From Slackia sp. (GTDB lineage: Bacteria; Actinomycetota; Coriobacteriia; Coriobacteriales; Eggerthellaceae), in assembly GCA_030527325.1 (NCBI GenBank), contig JAUNBA010000004.1, forward strand, positions 59,748-123,747: a DNA stretch of 64,000 nucleotides, written 5' to 3'. Below, piece after piece: positions 18,375 through 32,043 of the stretch. Under the pieces are notes generated by a model. The model saw only the letters and a list, made by a program, of their open reading frames with translations. It ran no database searches and was not told where the DNA came from. Position 1 is the first letter of the stretch, and each line of letters begins with the position of its first letter. A program made the translations under genes and the position numbers.

Positions 18375-19964
18375 ATGAGCAATCCTCAGGTCAAGCGAGC
18401 GCTCATGTCGGTTACCGACAAAACCGGCATCGTGGAGTTCGCCCGCGCGCTTCATGAAGAATTCGGCGTGGAAATCGTTTCGACGGGCGGCACCGCCAAG
18501 GTCATCGAGGCCGCGGGCATTCCCGTGCGTCCGATCGACGATTTGACCGGGTTCCCCGAGATGATGGACGGCCGCGTGAAGACGCTGCATCCGAAGGTGC
18601 ACGGCGGCCTTTTGGCCAAGCGCGACAACCCGGAGCACATGCGCCAGGCCGAAGAGCACGGCATCGGCATGATCGACATGGTGGTCGTGAACCTGTACGC
18701 CTTCGAGAAGACGGTCGAATCGGGCGCCGATTTCGGCACCTGCATCGAGAATATCGACATCGGGGGCCCCTCCATGCTGCGTTCCGCCGCGAAGAATTTC
18801 GAGAGCGTGGCCGTGGTGACCGAGCCCGAGCGCTACGACGCCATCCTCGATGAGATGCGCGCCAACGGCGGCGCCACCCTGCGCGAGACCCGCGTGCAGC
18901 TGGCGCTCAAGGTCTTCCAGACCACCAACGCATACGACGGCGCTATCGCCCGTTGGCTCGACGGCCAGGTCAATGAGGCCTCCGAGCAGATGTTCCCCGA
19001 AGTGCGCGACCTGCATCTGGTGAAGCAGCAGGATCTGCGCTACGGCGAGAACCCGCATCAGGACGCCATGTACTACCGCATGCCCGAGTTCGCCACGGCC
19101 CATTCGCTGGTCAACGCCGAGCAGCTCAACGGTAAGGAGCTCTCGTACAACAACATTCTCGACACCGACGCATGCTGGGGCATCGTCCGCGAATTCGACG
19201 AGCCCGCGGTCGTCATCCTGAAGCATCAGAACCCGTGCGGATCGGCTACCGCGGCCACGGTGGAAGAGGCCTATGACAAGGCGCTCGCGTGCGATCCGAA
19301 AAGCGCGTTCGGCGGCATCATCGCCGCGAACGTCGAGGTGTCGCTCGCCATGGTCGAGCACATCAACGCCAACAAGCAGTTCGTCGAGGTGCTGATCGCG
19401 CCTTCGTACGAGCCTGCCGCGCTCGAGCTGCTGCAGCAGAAGAAGAACCTGCGCGTGCTGCGCACCGGCGGCGTGGATGCGCCTGCCGCGGTTGAGTTCC
19501 GCACCGTGGACGGCGGCATGCTGGCGCAGTGCGTCGACCGCGTGGACGAAAAGCCCGAGGACTTCACCGTGCCCACCAAGCGCAAGCCCACCGACGAAGA
19601 GATGCACGAGCTGATGTTCGCGTGGAAGGTGTGCAAGGGCGTGAAGTCCAACGCCATTCTGGTGTCGAAAGACCATGCGGGCATCGGCATGGGCCCCGGC
19701 CAGCCGAATCGCGTCGATTCCGCGAAGCTTGCGTGCGAGCGCGCCCATGAGGCGTGCGAGCGCATGGGCGTCGAGGCCGACGGTCTGGTGTGCGCGTCCG
19801 ACGCGTTCTTCCCGTTCCGCGACGGCGTCGACCAGCTGGCAAGCTACGGCATCACCGCGGTGATTCAGCCTGGCGGCTCCGTGCGCGATGAGGAAGTCAT
19901 CCAGGCGTGCGACGAGCACGGCATCGCCATGGTCTTCACCGGGCATCGCCATTTCCGTCACTAG
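18375..19964 (+). CDS. purH: Bifunctional AICAR transformylase/IMP cyclohydrolase
   Basis: [32 protein letters not shown] and GHRHFRH motifs. Confidence 0.97.
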   Translation: MSNPQVKRALMSVTDKTGIVEFARALHEEFGVEIVSTGGTAKVIEAAGIPVRPIDDLTGFPEMMDGRVKTLHPKVHGGLLAKRDNPEHMRQAEEHGIGMIDMVVVNLYAFEKTVESGADFGTCIENIDIGGPSMLRSAAKNFESVAVVTEPERYDAILDEMRANGGATLRETRVQLALKVFQTTNAYDGAIARWLDGQVNEASEQMFPEVRDLHLVKQQDLRYGENPHQDAMYYRMPEFATAHSLVNAEQLNGKELSYNNILDTDACWGIVREFDEPAVVILKHQNPCGSATAATVEEAYDKALACDPKSAFGGIIAANVEVSLAMVEHINANKQFVEVLIAPSYEPAALELLQQKKNLRVLRTGGVDAPAAVEFRTVDGGMLAQCVDRVDEKPEDFTVPTKRKPTDEEMHELMFAWKVCKGVKSNAILVSKDHAGIGMGPGQPNRVDSAKLACERAHEACERMGVEADGLVCASDAFFPFRDGVDQLASYGITAVIQPGGSVRDEEVIQACDEHGIAMVFTGHRHFRH

Positions 19965-20232
19965 GGAGCTTTGCCGGTTTGCCGGTCGATGAGGCGAACT
20001 GTTCGGATGACGATAGGCGGCGACTGGCGCATGCGGCGTTTCGGTCTGGCGCCCGAAACGCCGAGCACCGTGAAGCGGCTGCCGTTGACGTGCTTCGCGG
20101 CAGGCTGTCTGTTTCCGCTTGCCTTGCCAGCGATGGTGCGAAGCCGATGCTGCTGCGAGGAAAGCTCCTTTGTCGCGGCGGCGGGGCGGAGGCCTATGCG
20201 GGAGCGCTCCCGGCGCGATCGACGCTTGCGAT

Positions 20233-20259
20233 GAGGGGCGGCCCGAAGGGCCGCCCCTC
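20233..20259. terminator. GC-rich hairpin downstream of purH
   Basis: GAGGGGCGGCCC-GAA-GGGCCGCCCCTC, a perfect 12-bp stem with only a weak U-tract. Confidence 0.5.
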
Positions 20260-20486
20260 TTGCTGTTGCGGGGGGGTGGGGCGGGGCGGCGGCTCGTGCG
20301 GAATACGACGAGCCGCCGCGCACGGAGCTGCCGCGTAGGGGGGACGTGGCGCAGGGGTGCCATGCGAGGCTGTTGCATAGGGGGCGCCATGCGGGGGTGC
20401 TGCGCAGGGGAAACAGCGGTTGCACGGCCCCGCCGCCTCGATGACTAGTGTGTCGGCGCCGCGCGCAATCCGGCCTTTCTCTCCGG

Positions 20487-20614
20487 TTTTTTGCGGCTGT
20501 GGCACGGATTTCCTTCCATTGCGGAACGGCGACGCATGGCGACCTGGGACGATGCATTTTCTATCGCGGATTTGCCGGTTTTGGCAGCGAATTTTGTGCC
20601 ATACCCGCAAAAAA
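20487..20614. repeat. Inverted-arm dispersed element, copy 2 (spacer 90 bp)
   Basis: TTTTTTGCGGCTGTGGCAC (20487-20505) and GTGCCATACCCGCAAAAAA (20596-20614). Core GCGACCTGGG at 20539. Confidence 0.85.
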
Positions 20615-20643
20615 CTTCCCAAAAAGCCCGTCGGACCGCCGTC

Positions 20644-20827
20644 GGCTTCGACGCGACCCGATCCACCCGCACGTTGCATGAAGCGCGGGCGGCCGGCGGC
20701 TCCCCACAAGGCTTCGACGGCGATCCGATGAATCAGCCGCCAGTCCGCAAGCGTTCGGCTGCCAGTCCGCGAACGCCTGGTAGGCGCCCCCCACGAGGCT
20801 TCGACGCGACCCGATCCACCCGCACGT
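20644..20827. repeat. 31-bp direct repeat (153-bp period) within a degenerate repeat tract
   Basis: GGCTTCGACGCGACCCGATCCACCCGCACGT at 20644-20674 and 20797-20827. Confidence 0.8.
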
Positions 20828-21057
20828 CGCGTGAAGCGCAGGTGACCGGCAACTCTTCGTGAGGCTTCTGCGTCGATCAAATGGGCTGGCGGCTGGCTCG
20901 CAATCGTCTCGTCCAGCCGCCAGCCCGCGAATATCCAACAGGTAACTCCCTGCGAACACCTGGTAGGCAGCTCTTGGACGTGGGCGTCGAACGTGCGCAA
21001 GCGCGGGTAACTCCCCGCGAGGCTGCGACGCCGATCCGCCTGCGCGCCGCCGTTGCC

Positions 21058-24195
<3,138 letters not shown>

Positions 24196-24203
<8 letters not shown>

Positions 24204-25728
24204 GCGAATCACCGAGGTCCATGGGGCGAATCATCGACTCGATGAAGGCGATTTCGTTTTCGTCGAGGCCGTATTTTGCGTAGAGCTCTTCGTCGGTCCA
24301 GGGCTTGGAGAAGTCCTGCATGGGGACGTGCTTGTATACTCGTTTTGTTGCATGCTGAGTGTTTTTCTGTAGCAGTGTAAGGAAACGGAAGAATTTCGTT
24401 TCGATATAGGTAAGAGCATTTCGCGTGCATTCTTGGTTGTTAAAGGGACCGATTACTAGGTATGTTTCAGTGCATGCTGTTCCAGGTTTGCCCAGGAATG
24501 GTTTTCCTAATACAAGGTAAGGGAAACTACCGCGCTCGCCGTATGCGTACGAGATGAAAATTTTCCATTTGTCGATAAGGTCGGCATTAGTTGTAATGTC
24601 GGATCGGGAGATGAAGCCAGGCTTCTTTTGGGCGTTTTTGTTGGAGTAGAGCAGTACTGGATTAGAACACTGTTCTTTAGCTATTCCTTTGACGTTGGTA
24701 TTTAGGCCGAAAGGCTTTCGTGAGCTGATAAGACGGTCAAAGGGGGCAAAAGTGTTTTGTTCCACTTTCCTAATGATGCTAACGGCCTGGTTAAACCTAA
24801 TAAATTCTGTTGCGCTTGGTTCTAGAAGGGGTCTTTTCATTGAAGTGGTTTCCCCGTTAATGGACGAAACAACCTCGCACTCTGCTACGGTATCTCTTTC
24901 CCATAAGAAATAACAAACGCCACCCGAGATGTCTACGCCAGGGAAGCATTCTGTCGAATCGAAAAAGTCATGAAGTTGCGTTAAATGCGTGTCGGAAAGC
25001 ATTTCGGTACGGAATTGCTCGAGTCCTTTTCCGCCCGAAAACCATCGTGAGGGAACAATCATTGTGAGATAGCGAGGTTTTAGCTTTTTTGCATGCTGGA
25101 TAAATTTATGGTAGATGGGCAATGCGCTTGCACCGCTCCCGCCATCGCTCAATTGATACGGCGGGTTTCCGACGATGACGTCGAATTTCATGTTGAAAAT
25201 CCTCTCGGGACTGGGCGTGTGGATCAGTTCGTAGGCATGCGATTCGAGACTTGCGTCGCGTTGGTAGACTTCTTTCGAGGCTCCGCAGTATGCGCATTTA
25301 TCGCGCACCCACGTGTGCTGCATATGTTTGAATCGGATGTTGCCTTCAGGCGTGTCGAAGCGCGAAACGCTGTACGCTCCATCGGCGAATTTCGAGCAGT
25401 ACAGGCTGCGGCGCGAAAGCATGCCGGTCATCTCGGTGATGGCGATGCCGAAAAGCTGCTCGTGCATAATATGGTCCACGCGCTCTTGCAAATCGGGGTA
25501 TGCGTCTTCGAGGCCTTCGATGAAACGTTTCGCCGCCTCGCGCAGAAAGACGCCCGATTTGCAGAACGGGTCGAGCATCGTGACGGTCGGGTCGCTCCAG
25601 ATTTCTTCCGGCAGCATGTCCAGTATTCGGTTCGCCAGCTCGGGCGGCGTGAACACTTCGTCGTTGCTCAGGTTGGCCAGGCAGGTGAGCACATCGGGGT
25701 TGTATACGGTGTCGAACAGGCTAGCCAT
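24196..25728 (-). CDS. Eco57I-like adenine DNA methyltransferase with target-recognition domain
   Basis: [20 protein letters not shown] and [13 protein letters not shown] motifs. 8-nt overlaps with both neighbouring genes. Confidence 0.9.
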
Positions 25729-26403
25729 GCGTGCGCACCTCCCAGTAATTCACCAGGGGGTACTCGGCGACGGCGGATGGCACGAAGGCCTGGATCTCCT
25801 CGTCGAACTCCCATTCCACGGCGTTTTCGCGCTCGCCGAGCAAATCGCCGAACAGTGATTGCTGGTCGTTCGCGCCTTCGAGTAATTCGCTCAGCAGGTA
25901 ATCGCGCCGTTTCACCTTGTCGCCCGTGACGATGGACCATTCGGCGAATCTGATGGGCTTGTCGTCCGCGTCTTTCAGGGTCAGGGCGTCGCCGCACAGG
26001 ATGTTTTTCTGCAGCACGAAGCGCACGGCGTCCAGAAAGCCCTGCTCGACGTGCTTTTTGATGGCCGCTTTCGCTTCGCTTTCCACGATGCCGTACAGGC
26101 GTTCGCGGCATTCCTCCACGTTGTCGGGCAGAATGTCCACGCCGTACAGGTGGCTGTGGCCACGAAGGCGTTGCGCATGTATTCATGCGGGCTGGTGCGA
26201 TACGTGTTCGCCACCACCGCGAGCTTGCGATGCAGCACCTCGGCCAGGAAATTGCCGTTACCGCAGGCGGGCTCCAGGAAACGCGAGTCGATGCGCTCGG
26301 TTTCCTGTTTCACCATGTCGAGCATGGCATTCACTTCGCGCGGCCGCGTGTATACCTCGCCGTGGTCGGCAACGCGCTGTTTCGATTTGATCTGCGAGGT
26401 CAA
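25721..26403 (-). pseudogene. Small SAM-binding methyltransferase subunit, frameshifted at ~26155 (~227 aa if restored)
   Basis: TTG start with AAAGGAG RBS. HGEVYT and FLEPACGNGNFL, then after a 1-nt shift SHLYGVDIL...NILCGDAL. No NPPY motif. Confidence 0.8.
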
Positions 26404-26516
26404 GCCGACTCCTTTCTTGCGAAAGGGCGCGGCCGTCGATCGCCGGAATTCAGCTGCCTGGGCGTCCGATAACGCGTCGGGGCACGCTGCTGCGCGCCCT
26501 CGAGGCGAAACCAATT

Positions 26517-26633
26517 AAGTAGACATTTTCGGAGATACCTGCGAACATGGGTGCTGCATACACCCACATGGACAAATGCATCACGGGTGCGGCTTTATTG
26601 CCGAGGTTTCTACTGCCCCGAAAATGTCTACTT
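26517..26633. repeat. Perfect 16-bp inverted repeat enclosing 85 bp (candidate invertible segment)
   Basis: AAGTAGACATTTTCGG (26517-26532) and CCGAAAATGTCTACTT (26618-26633). Confidence 0.85.
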
Positions 26634-26677
26634 TTACGGGCGACATAAAGGTGGGTGGATGCGTTTTTCACCTGGCA

Positions 26678-27325
26678 TTATGCGAACGTCTTCCTTTCGC
26701 GGCCGGGTGCGTCGAACCCGGCGTCGTCTTCTTTCATCCATTTTTCGAACGTGGTGATGCTGACGCGCAGGCGCGCCGCCGCTTCTTTGCGCGTGATGGC
26801 GCCCGAGGTGAAAGCCGCCTTCGTCGCTTCGTAGCATTTCGGGCGTTTTTTCGGCGGACGGCCGAAGCGCACGCCGCGCGCCTGCGCCGCCGCGATGCCT
26901 TCGGCTTGCCGCTGGCGAATGCTGTCGCGTTCCACCTGCGCCACATAGCTGAGAAGCTGCAGCACCACGTCTGCGATGAACACGCCCGTGACGTTGGATT
27001 TCGTGAAGCGCGTGTCGAGCAGCGGCATATCGAGCACCACCATGGCGCAGCGCATGGTCTTGGTGATGCGGCGCCATTCCTCCAGAATCTCGTCGTAATT
27101 GCGCCCCAGCCGATCGATGCTTTTGATTACCAGCACGTCGCCCGGCTGCATGGTGCGCATCAGCTGCTGGTAGGCGGGCCGGTTGAAATCCTTCCCGCTT
27201 GCCTTGTCGGCGTAAATCTTGGTTTCGCTTACGGGAAACGCGCGCAGGGCGTCCATTTGCCGGTCGAGGTGCTGGTCTTTGGCGGAAACGCGCGCGTAGC
27301 CGTATGTCTCGCTGGTTCTGTTCAT
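26678..27325 (-). CDS. Serine recombinase, resolvase/invertase family
   Basis: YGYARVS (catalytic Ser), DKASGKDFNRP, IDRLGR, GVRFGRP and a C-terminal HTH. GAAAGGA RBS. Confidence 0.93.
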   Translation of the reverse strand: MNRTSETYGYARVSAKDQHLDRQMDALRAFPVSETKIYADKASGKDFNRPAYQQLMRTMQPGDVLVIKSIDRLGRNYDEILEEWRRITKTMRCAMVVLDMPLLDTRFTKSNVTGVFIADVVLQLLSYVAQVERDSIRQRQAEGIAAAQARGVRFGRPPKKRPKCYEATKAAFTSGAITRKEAAARLRVSITTFEKWMKEDDAGFDAPGRERKTFA

Positions 27326-27399
27326 GGCGGTTCCTTTCGTCATCGCATGCCGTGTTTGCTTCGGAAGAGCCGACCGACTTTCGCACAGGCGCGGCCTGC

Positions 27400-27475
27400 G
27401 GGCGATAATCGGTACAGTTATTACTAGCTTGCACTATAGCAATATCGTACAATTTTTACCAATTTATCCAGTTCG
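27400..27475. promoter_or_regulatory. AT-rich divergent promoter/operator (possible res site) between recombinase and XRE gene
   Basis: Minus-strand extended -10 TGcTATAGT (27433-27441) and plus-strand TACAAT in a locally AT-rich patch. Confidence 0.45.
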
Positions 27476-27511
27476 GCCCGAAGGCCGATGAGGCGGCATG
27501 CGGGCGCCGCC

Positions 27512-28534
27512 ATGACAGATGAGGCGGTGCGTATGGAAAAGGCGAGGCCCGAACGGGCGCGTTTCGGGGCGCGGTTGCGGCGGTTGCGCGCGCTGAAAGG
27601 CCCCATGACGCAAGACGAGCTGGCGCGCAGGTCGGGCGTGAATGTCGATTCCGTTCGCAATTACGAGCAGGGGAAAAGCTTCGCCGCGTCCGAAACCGTG
27701 GACGCGCTGGCCGCGGCGCTGCGGGTGTCTCCCGCGGTGTTTCGGGCCTGCAAGATGGACGCGGCCGTGCGCCCCGACGACGATCGTCGCGTCTACGCGG
27801 CGGCTCATGCGCTGTTCGGGCTGGCCGATGCATGCGGCGTCCGTCCGCACGTCTGCGGGTCGCAGGCGGGCGTTGCCGCCGAGGACGCGTATGTCGAGTA
27901 CGCGCTGTGCGCGTGGACCGACGCCATCGAGGCCGATCGGGCCGAGGCCGCTGCATGCGCAAGCGGCGGCGCCGCACGCGCAGACGGTTGCGTAGCAGCG
28001 CGCGATGAACGCTGCCGTGCGGTCGCGCCCGATGCGGGTCCGCGCGAGGAGTGGTTCATCTTGAATTTCAACGAGCCGTTCGACGGCGATTGCGTGCCTG
28101 TCGAGCCGGCCTCCGAGCGTCTGCGCCGCCTGCGCACACGCCGCGGGTTTTCGCAGGCGCGGCTTGCCGAGGCGGCGGGCATCAGCTCGTTTTCGCTGGG
28201 CTCGTACGAGCAGGGTCGTCGCGCGATCAACGCCGCCCATCGCCGGGCGCTGTCCCGCGCGCTGGATGCGGCGCCCGAAGCGCTGCTCGATTTCGACGTG
28301 CCCGACCAATGTGCCGCCGTGCATTGCCTGTTCGAGCTTGCGTTTCTGCTCGACCTGCGCCCGTGCCGCGCTGCCGAAGGAATCGTGCTTGCGCCGGCCG
28401 ACGATGCGCACGCGTCCTCGGCGGCGTTCGCGGATTTCGTGCGACAGTGGGATGCGGCATGGCGTCGTGCGTGCGAAACGTCCGACGGCGCGGCGTATCG
28501 CGCGTGGATGGCAGGCTTCGGCGCGCAGCCGTAG
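27512..28534 (+). CDS. Tandem-duplicated XRE-family HTH regulator
   Basis: Two XRE HTHs (MTQDELARRSGV...VRNYEQG and FSQARLAEAAGIS...GSYEQG), each followed by a similar AAxxxLFxLA domain. Start uncertain (27488/27512/27533). Confidence 0.8.
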   Translation: MTDEAVRMEKARPERARFGARLRRLRALKGPMTQDELARRSGVNVDSVRNYEQGKSFAASETVDALAAALRVSPAVFRACKMDAAVRPDDDRRVYAAAHALFGLADACGVRPHVCGSQAGVAAEDAYVEYALCAWTDAIEADRAEAAACASGGAARADGCVAARDERCRAVAPDAGPREEWFILNFNEPFDGDCVPVEPASERLRRLRTRRGFSQARLAEAAGISSFSLGSYEQGRRAINAAHRRALSRALDAAPEALLDFDVPDQCAAVHCLFELAFLLDLRPCRAAEGIVLAPADDAHASSAAFADFVRQWDAAWRRACETSDGAAYRAWMAGFGAQP

Positions 28535-28791
28535 CGCCCGCCGTCGCGGAGCGCACGCGGGCGCGGTGGAGACGCTGCAGGTCGGGATCGGTTACGGGCG
28601 CGGGGCAGCCGATCGGTTGCGGGGTCTGTCGCGCGACGCGCGTTGCGGGTCGCGGCCGGTTGTGTGACGCATGCCGGCTAGCTGCGGATCGCTTGGCGCA
28701 CGCACGGGGATAATACGCGCCGTTTGCGGGCCGGTCGCGAGCCGCGCGCACGGGTCGCGGCCCTGATTCATGCTCGTGGTACAATGCGCGC

Positions 28792-28980
28792 ATGATTTCG
28801 GGAAAGCGACAGAGGGGCCGCAGCGTTTCCGCCGATGGGCGGCGTTTTCGCGTGCCTGCATGGGTTGTCGTGCTCATCATCGCCGTCGTGCTTATGGCAT
28901 GCGGCATCGCGCAGGGCGACATGGTCGACGTATGGCGCAAAGCGTCGCTGATCTGTTACGAATGCATCGGCATAGGGTAG
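28792..28980 (+). CDS. CD1871A-family CXXC small membrane protein
   Basis: TM segment followed by the C-terminal ICYECIGIG, directly upstream of a 4Fe-4S membrane protein. Confidence 0.8.
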   Translation: MISGKRQRGRSVSADGRRFRVPAWVVVLIIAVVLMACGIAQGDMVDVWRKASLICYECIGIG

Positions 28981-28983
28981 GGC

Positions 28984-29901
28984 ATGAAACGGTTTCTCAT
29001 GCGCACGAAGCGCCATCTCATCCAACTGCTGACCGCGCTTTTATACAACCTCGATTTTCAGGGCATCGCCACGCTTTCCGTGAGCCGCGCCGCCACGAAG
29101 GGCGCTTGCGTTCCGGGCTTGCATTGCTATTCGTGTCCGGGCGCCGTGGGCGCTTGCCCGGTGGGCGCGCTGCAGCAGGCGCTCGGCGCCTCGTCGCTCA
29201 AGCTGCCGTTTTACGCGGTGGGCTGTTTGCTCGCGTTCGGCGCGCTGTTCGGGCGTACTATCTGCGGATGGGCCTGCCCGTTCGGCTTCATCCAGGACAT
29301 GCTCGACAAGCTCGGGCGTTTCCTGCATATGCCCGTCGTGGGCAAAAGCGCCTTGACGCGCAAGCTGAGCGGGTTGAAATACGCGGCGCTCGCCCTGGTG
29401 GTTGCAGGTCCGCTTATCACGCTTGCCGCCGACGGGGTGGCCTCCCCGCTGTTCTGCACGTATCTATGCCCCGCGGGAACCCTGGCCGGCGTTACGCTGG
29501 TGGCGGCCAGTCCTGATCTGCAGGACATCGTCGGCGCGCTGTTCACGTGGAAGACGGCTGTTCTGGCGGCTATCGTGTTCGGGTCGATGGTGCTCTATCG
29601 GCCGTTTTGCCGCTTTTTGTGCCCGCTCGGCGCGCTGTACGGGTTTTTCAACCGCTTTTGCGCGCTGCGTTACGTGATCGACGAGCGGGCGTGTACGGGC
29701 TGCAACGCCTGCGTGGAGATGTGCCGTATGGATGTGCGGCATGTGGGCGATCGCGAGTGCATCGAGTGCGGCGCCTGCAAGGCGGCTTGCGCGCACGGTG
29801 CCATCCGCTTCAGCGTGCAGCTGTCGTCCGCGAAGACCGAGCGCGGTAAGGCGGTTGAAGGAGAGGCCGACAGCTCGCCTTCAACCGACGTCGGTCGTTA
29901 G
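28984..29901 (+). CDS. Membrane 4Fe-4S binding protein (NapH/YccM-like)
   Basis: CGWACPFG, FCRFLCPLG, CTGCNAC and CIECGACKAAC motifs. Confidence 0.9.
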   Translation: MKRFLMRTKRHLIQLLTALLYNLDFQGIATLSVSRAATKGACVPGLHCYSCPGAVGACPVGALQQALGASSLKLPFYAVGCLLAFGALFGRTICGWACPFGFIQDMLDKLGRFLHMPVVGKSALTRKLSGLKYAALALVVAGPLITLAADGVASPLFCTYLCPAGTLAGVTLVAASPDLQDIVGALFTWKTAVLAAIVFGSMVLYRPFCRFLCPLGALYGFFNRFCALRYVIDERACTGCNACVEMCRMDVRHVGDRECIECGACKAACAHGAIRFSVQLSSAKTERGKAVEGEADSSPSTDVGR

Positions 29902-30077
29902 GTTTGTGCGGCTGGACGCTGAGTTTGTGGCCGAAGCTCGGGGCTTGGCATCGAACGCGCGGGACTTCGCCTGAATGCGTCGTCGCCTCGGCCGAAAGCG
30001 TTGCGGTTTCGGCCGAGGCGACGACGCTTGATCCTGGACGCGCCGGCGTTTTGCTCGAAAAGCTCGAATGAGTCCGG

Positions 30078-30217
30078 TTTTTTGCGGCTGTGGCACGAAT
30101 TTCGGTGCATTTGCCGGCCTGGGGCCGCCTAACGCTCCTATATCGCCGCGTTTTCCCAGGTCGCTGATGCAGCGTTGCTTGAGTGCGTTGCTTTTTCGTG
30201 CCATAGCCGTCAAAAAA
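30078..30217. repeat. Inverted-arm dispersed element, copy 3 (spacer 101 bp, core on minus strand)
   Basis: TTTTTTGCGGCTGTGGCAC (30078-30096) and GTGCCATAGCCGTCAAAAAA (30198-30217). CCCAGGTCGC at 30155-30164. Confidence 0.85.
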
Positions 30218-30647
30218 TGGCTGGTGAAGCGTTTTTTCTTTCCCAATCGAGGGTTTTGGCGCTCCAGGGGAGGGCTCGGGCTCGTCGAGGCCGCCGCGAG
30301 CTCTCGGCGGAGGGCGCTCCGCAAGCCTTCGGGGCGATTCGGCGAGTCTTGAATTCATCGGGAATCCCCGGGGACGTTTCTGCGCAGCTTTCGCGCGTCC
30401 CGCGAGCCTCTCGGATGTTTTTCGGGCCGCTCGGCTTCGCCTGCGAGCTTTCGCGGCGTTTCGTCGAGGCATTCTGTGCCCGATGGGATTTCGGGCGTTT
30501 TCGTAAGTCGCCAGGACGCTTTGCGAATCTCGAGGCGTTTCGGCGAATTCGCATGCTCGGTCCAGCGATTTTCCGAGATGCTTTGACGTGGCATTTCAGG
30601 TTTGCGAGTATGGATGCGCTACGAATCGAACAACGGAGGTTTACTTG

Positions 30648-31421
30648 ATGAATGATCGCACCGCAAAGGTCGCGCACGGCGTCGAAGTTTCCGAGCGCGG
30701 CCATGCTTCTGCCGATGCATCCGGCCGTTTCGCTGTCGATGTCGCCAATCGTTTCTCCGTCGATGCGCTTGGCCGTCCCGCCGCCGGTCGCCCCGTTATC
30801 GACGCCGCCGATCGTCCCGCATTCCAGCTCGCGCCGCGCGAAAAGCGCGGCCTACGCGTTTTCGGCGCGATGTGCGCGGCGGGCGTTCTGTGTGCGTGCC
30901 TGCTGGCGGGCTGCCAGTCGAGCGATGCGGCCTCCGATGCCGCCGCGCCCGACGCCGGCCAGGATGCGCAGACGCCTATCGACTCCACCAAGATGCGCGG
31001 CGCCGCCGTCGGCCAGCCGGCCCCCGATGCTCCGCTCGTTTTGCTGGACGGAACCGAGACGAGCATCGCCGCGCTGCAGGGCAACGTGACCGTGCTGAGC
31101 TTTTGGGGAACCTGGTGCCCGTACTGCATCAAAGAGATGCCCGACCTGCAGCGCATCAAGGAGAATTACCCTGACGTGAACGTGGTGCTGGTGAACTGCG
31201 GCGAAGACGAATCGGTCGTCTCCGATTTCGCGCAGCGCCAGGGTTTCGATTTCATGTGGGCGCTCGATTCCGACTACGAGGTGCAGCGCGCTTATCCCAC
31301 AAGCGGCATTCCTTATACGGTGGTGATCGACGCTTCGGGCACGGTGAGCGATATCTTCGCCGGCTCGGCGCGTGAGATGTACCCGCATTTCGAGGAGGCC
31401 GTGAACAAGGCGATGGGCTAG
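30648..31421 (+). CDS. TlpA-family thiol:disulfide oxidoreductase, probable lipoprotein
   Basis: FWGTWCPYCIKEMP active site, GIPYT cis-Pro loop and LLAGC lipobox. GGAGG RBS. Confidence 0.88.
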   Translation: MNDRTAKVAHGVEVSERGHASADASGRFAVDVANRFSVDALGRPAAGRPVIDAADRPAFQLAPREKRGLRVFGAMCAAGVLCACLLAGCQSSDAASDAAAPDAGQDAQTPIDSTKMRGAAVGQPAPDAPLVLLDGTETSIAALQGNVTVLSFWGTWCPYCIKEMPDLQRIKENYPDVNVVLVNCGEDESVVSDFAQRQGFDFMWALDSDYEVQRAYPTSGIPYTVVIDASGTVSDIFAGSAREMYPHFEEAVNKAMG

Positions 31422-32043
31422 GCCGCCGATTGCCCTGGCTCCCGTTTTCCGGTCTGGCGTTGCGGGGTTCGTCGGCGCGGCGCCCCCCCGCTTCGCTCGC
31501 CGCGCCGCTCCGCTTGACGCCTCGGGTTCGCCCACCGATCCGATCCGCCCGTTGCTCGTGTGTTCAGCGAGCCTGCTTTTTTGACGTTCCGGCAGGTCGC
31601 CCGCCTGCCTTGTGCTTGGTCCGGCGGTCTGGCCCGTGCTGCGTGATTCGCTGGAGCGGCGCGGGAGTCCTCGCTTCGCTCGCAGCGCCGATCCGCTTGA
31701 CGCCTCGGTTTTGCCGCCGCGCTCGCGGGCGGCACGCCTGCTTTGCGGCCGTTGCTCGCTTTGCCCGCTCGCGCCCCCGTGTGTCGGCGAGCTCTTGCGT
31801 CCGCCGCACGCCGCGTCCGCCCGCTTCTCGTCGTGTCCTCGTGCCTCCGCTTGTCGCATCCGACGCCCCGTTTTCGGCGGCATTTCGTCGTTGCCCGTCC
31901 ATTCGCTCCGTCTGCGCGCTCGCTCGCCGTTTTTTCGGACGTCGCCACTATAATTGCCGACCGGATACCGAAAGACGATGCCCGGCTTCATGCCGCGCCA
32001 TGCAAGGGGCATGGCGGCACCCGGGCGAAAGGGGGAGAGCGAT

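Noticed and set aside
20620-21050. Possible CRISPR array
   Set aside because: Only two exact repeat copies, no regular unique spacers and no cas genes in the window.
31430-31940. Possible gene or ncRNA between tlpA and the M20 peptidase
   Set aside because: Only a degenerate direct repeat (CGCTTCGCTCGC...CCGCTTGACGCCTCGG twice); no coding or structural evidence I can support.
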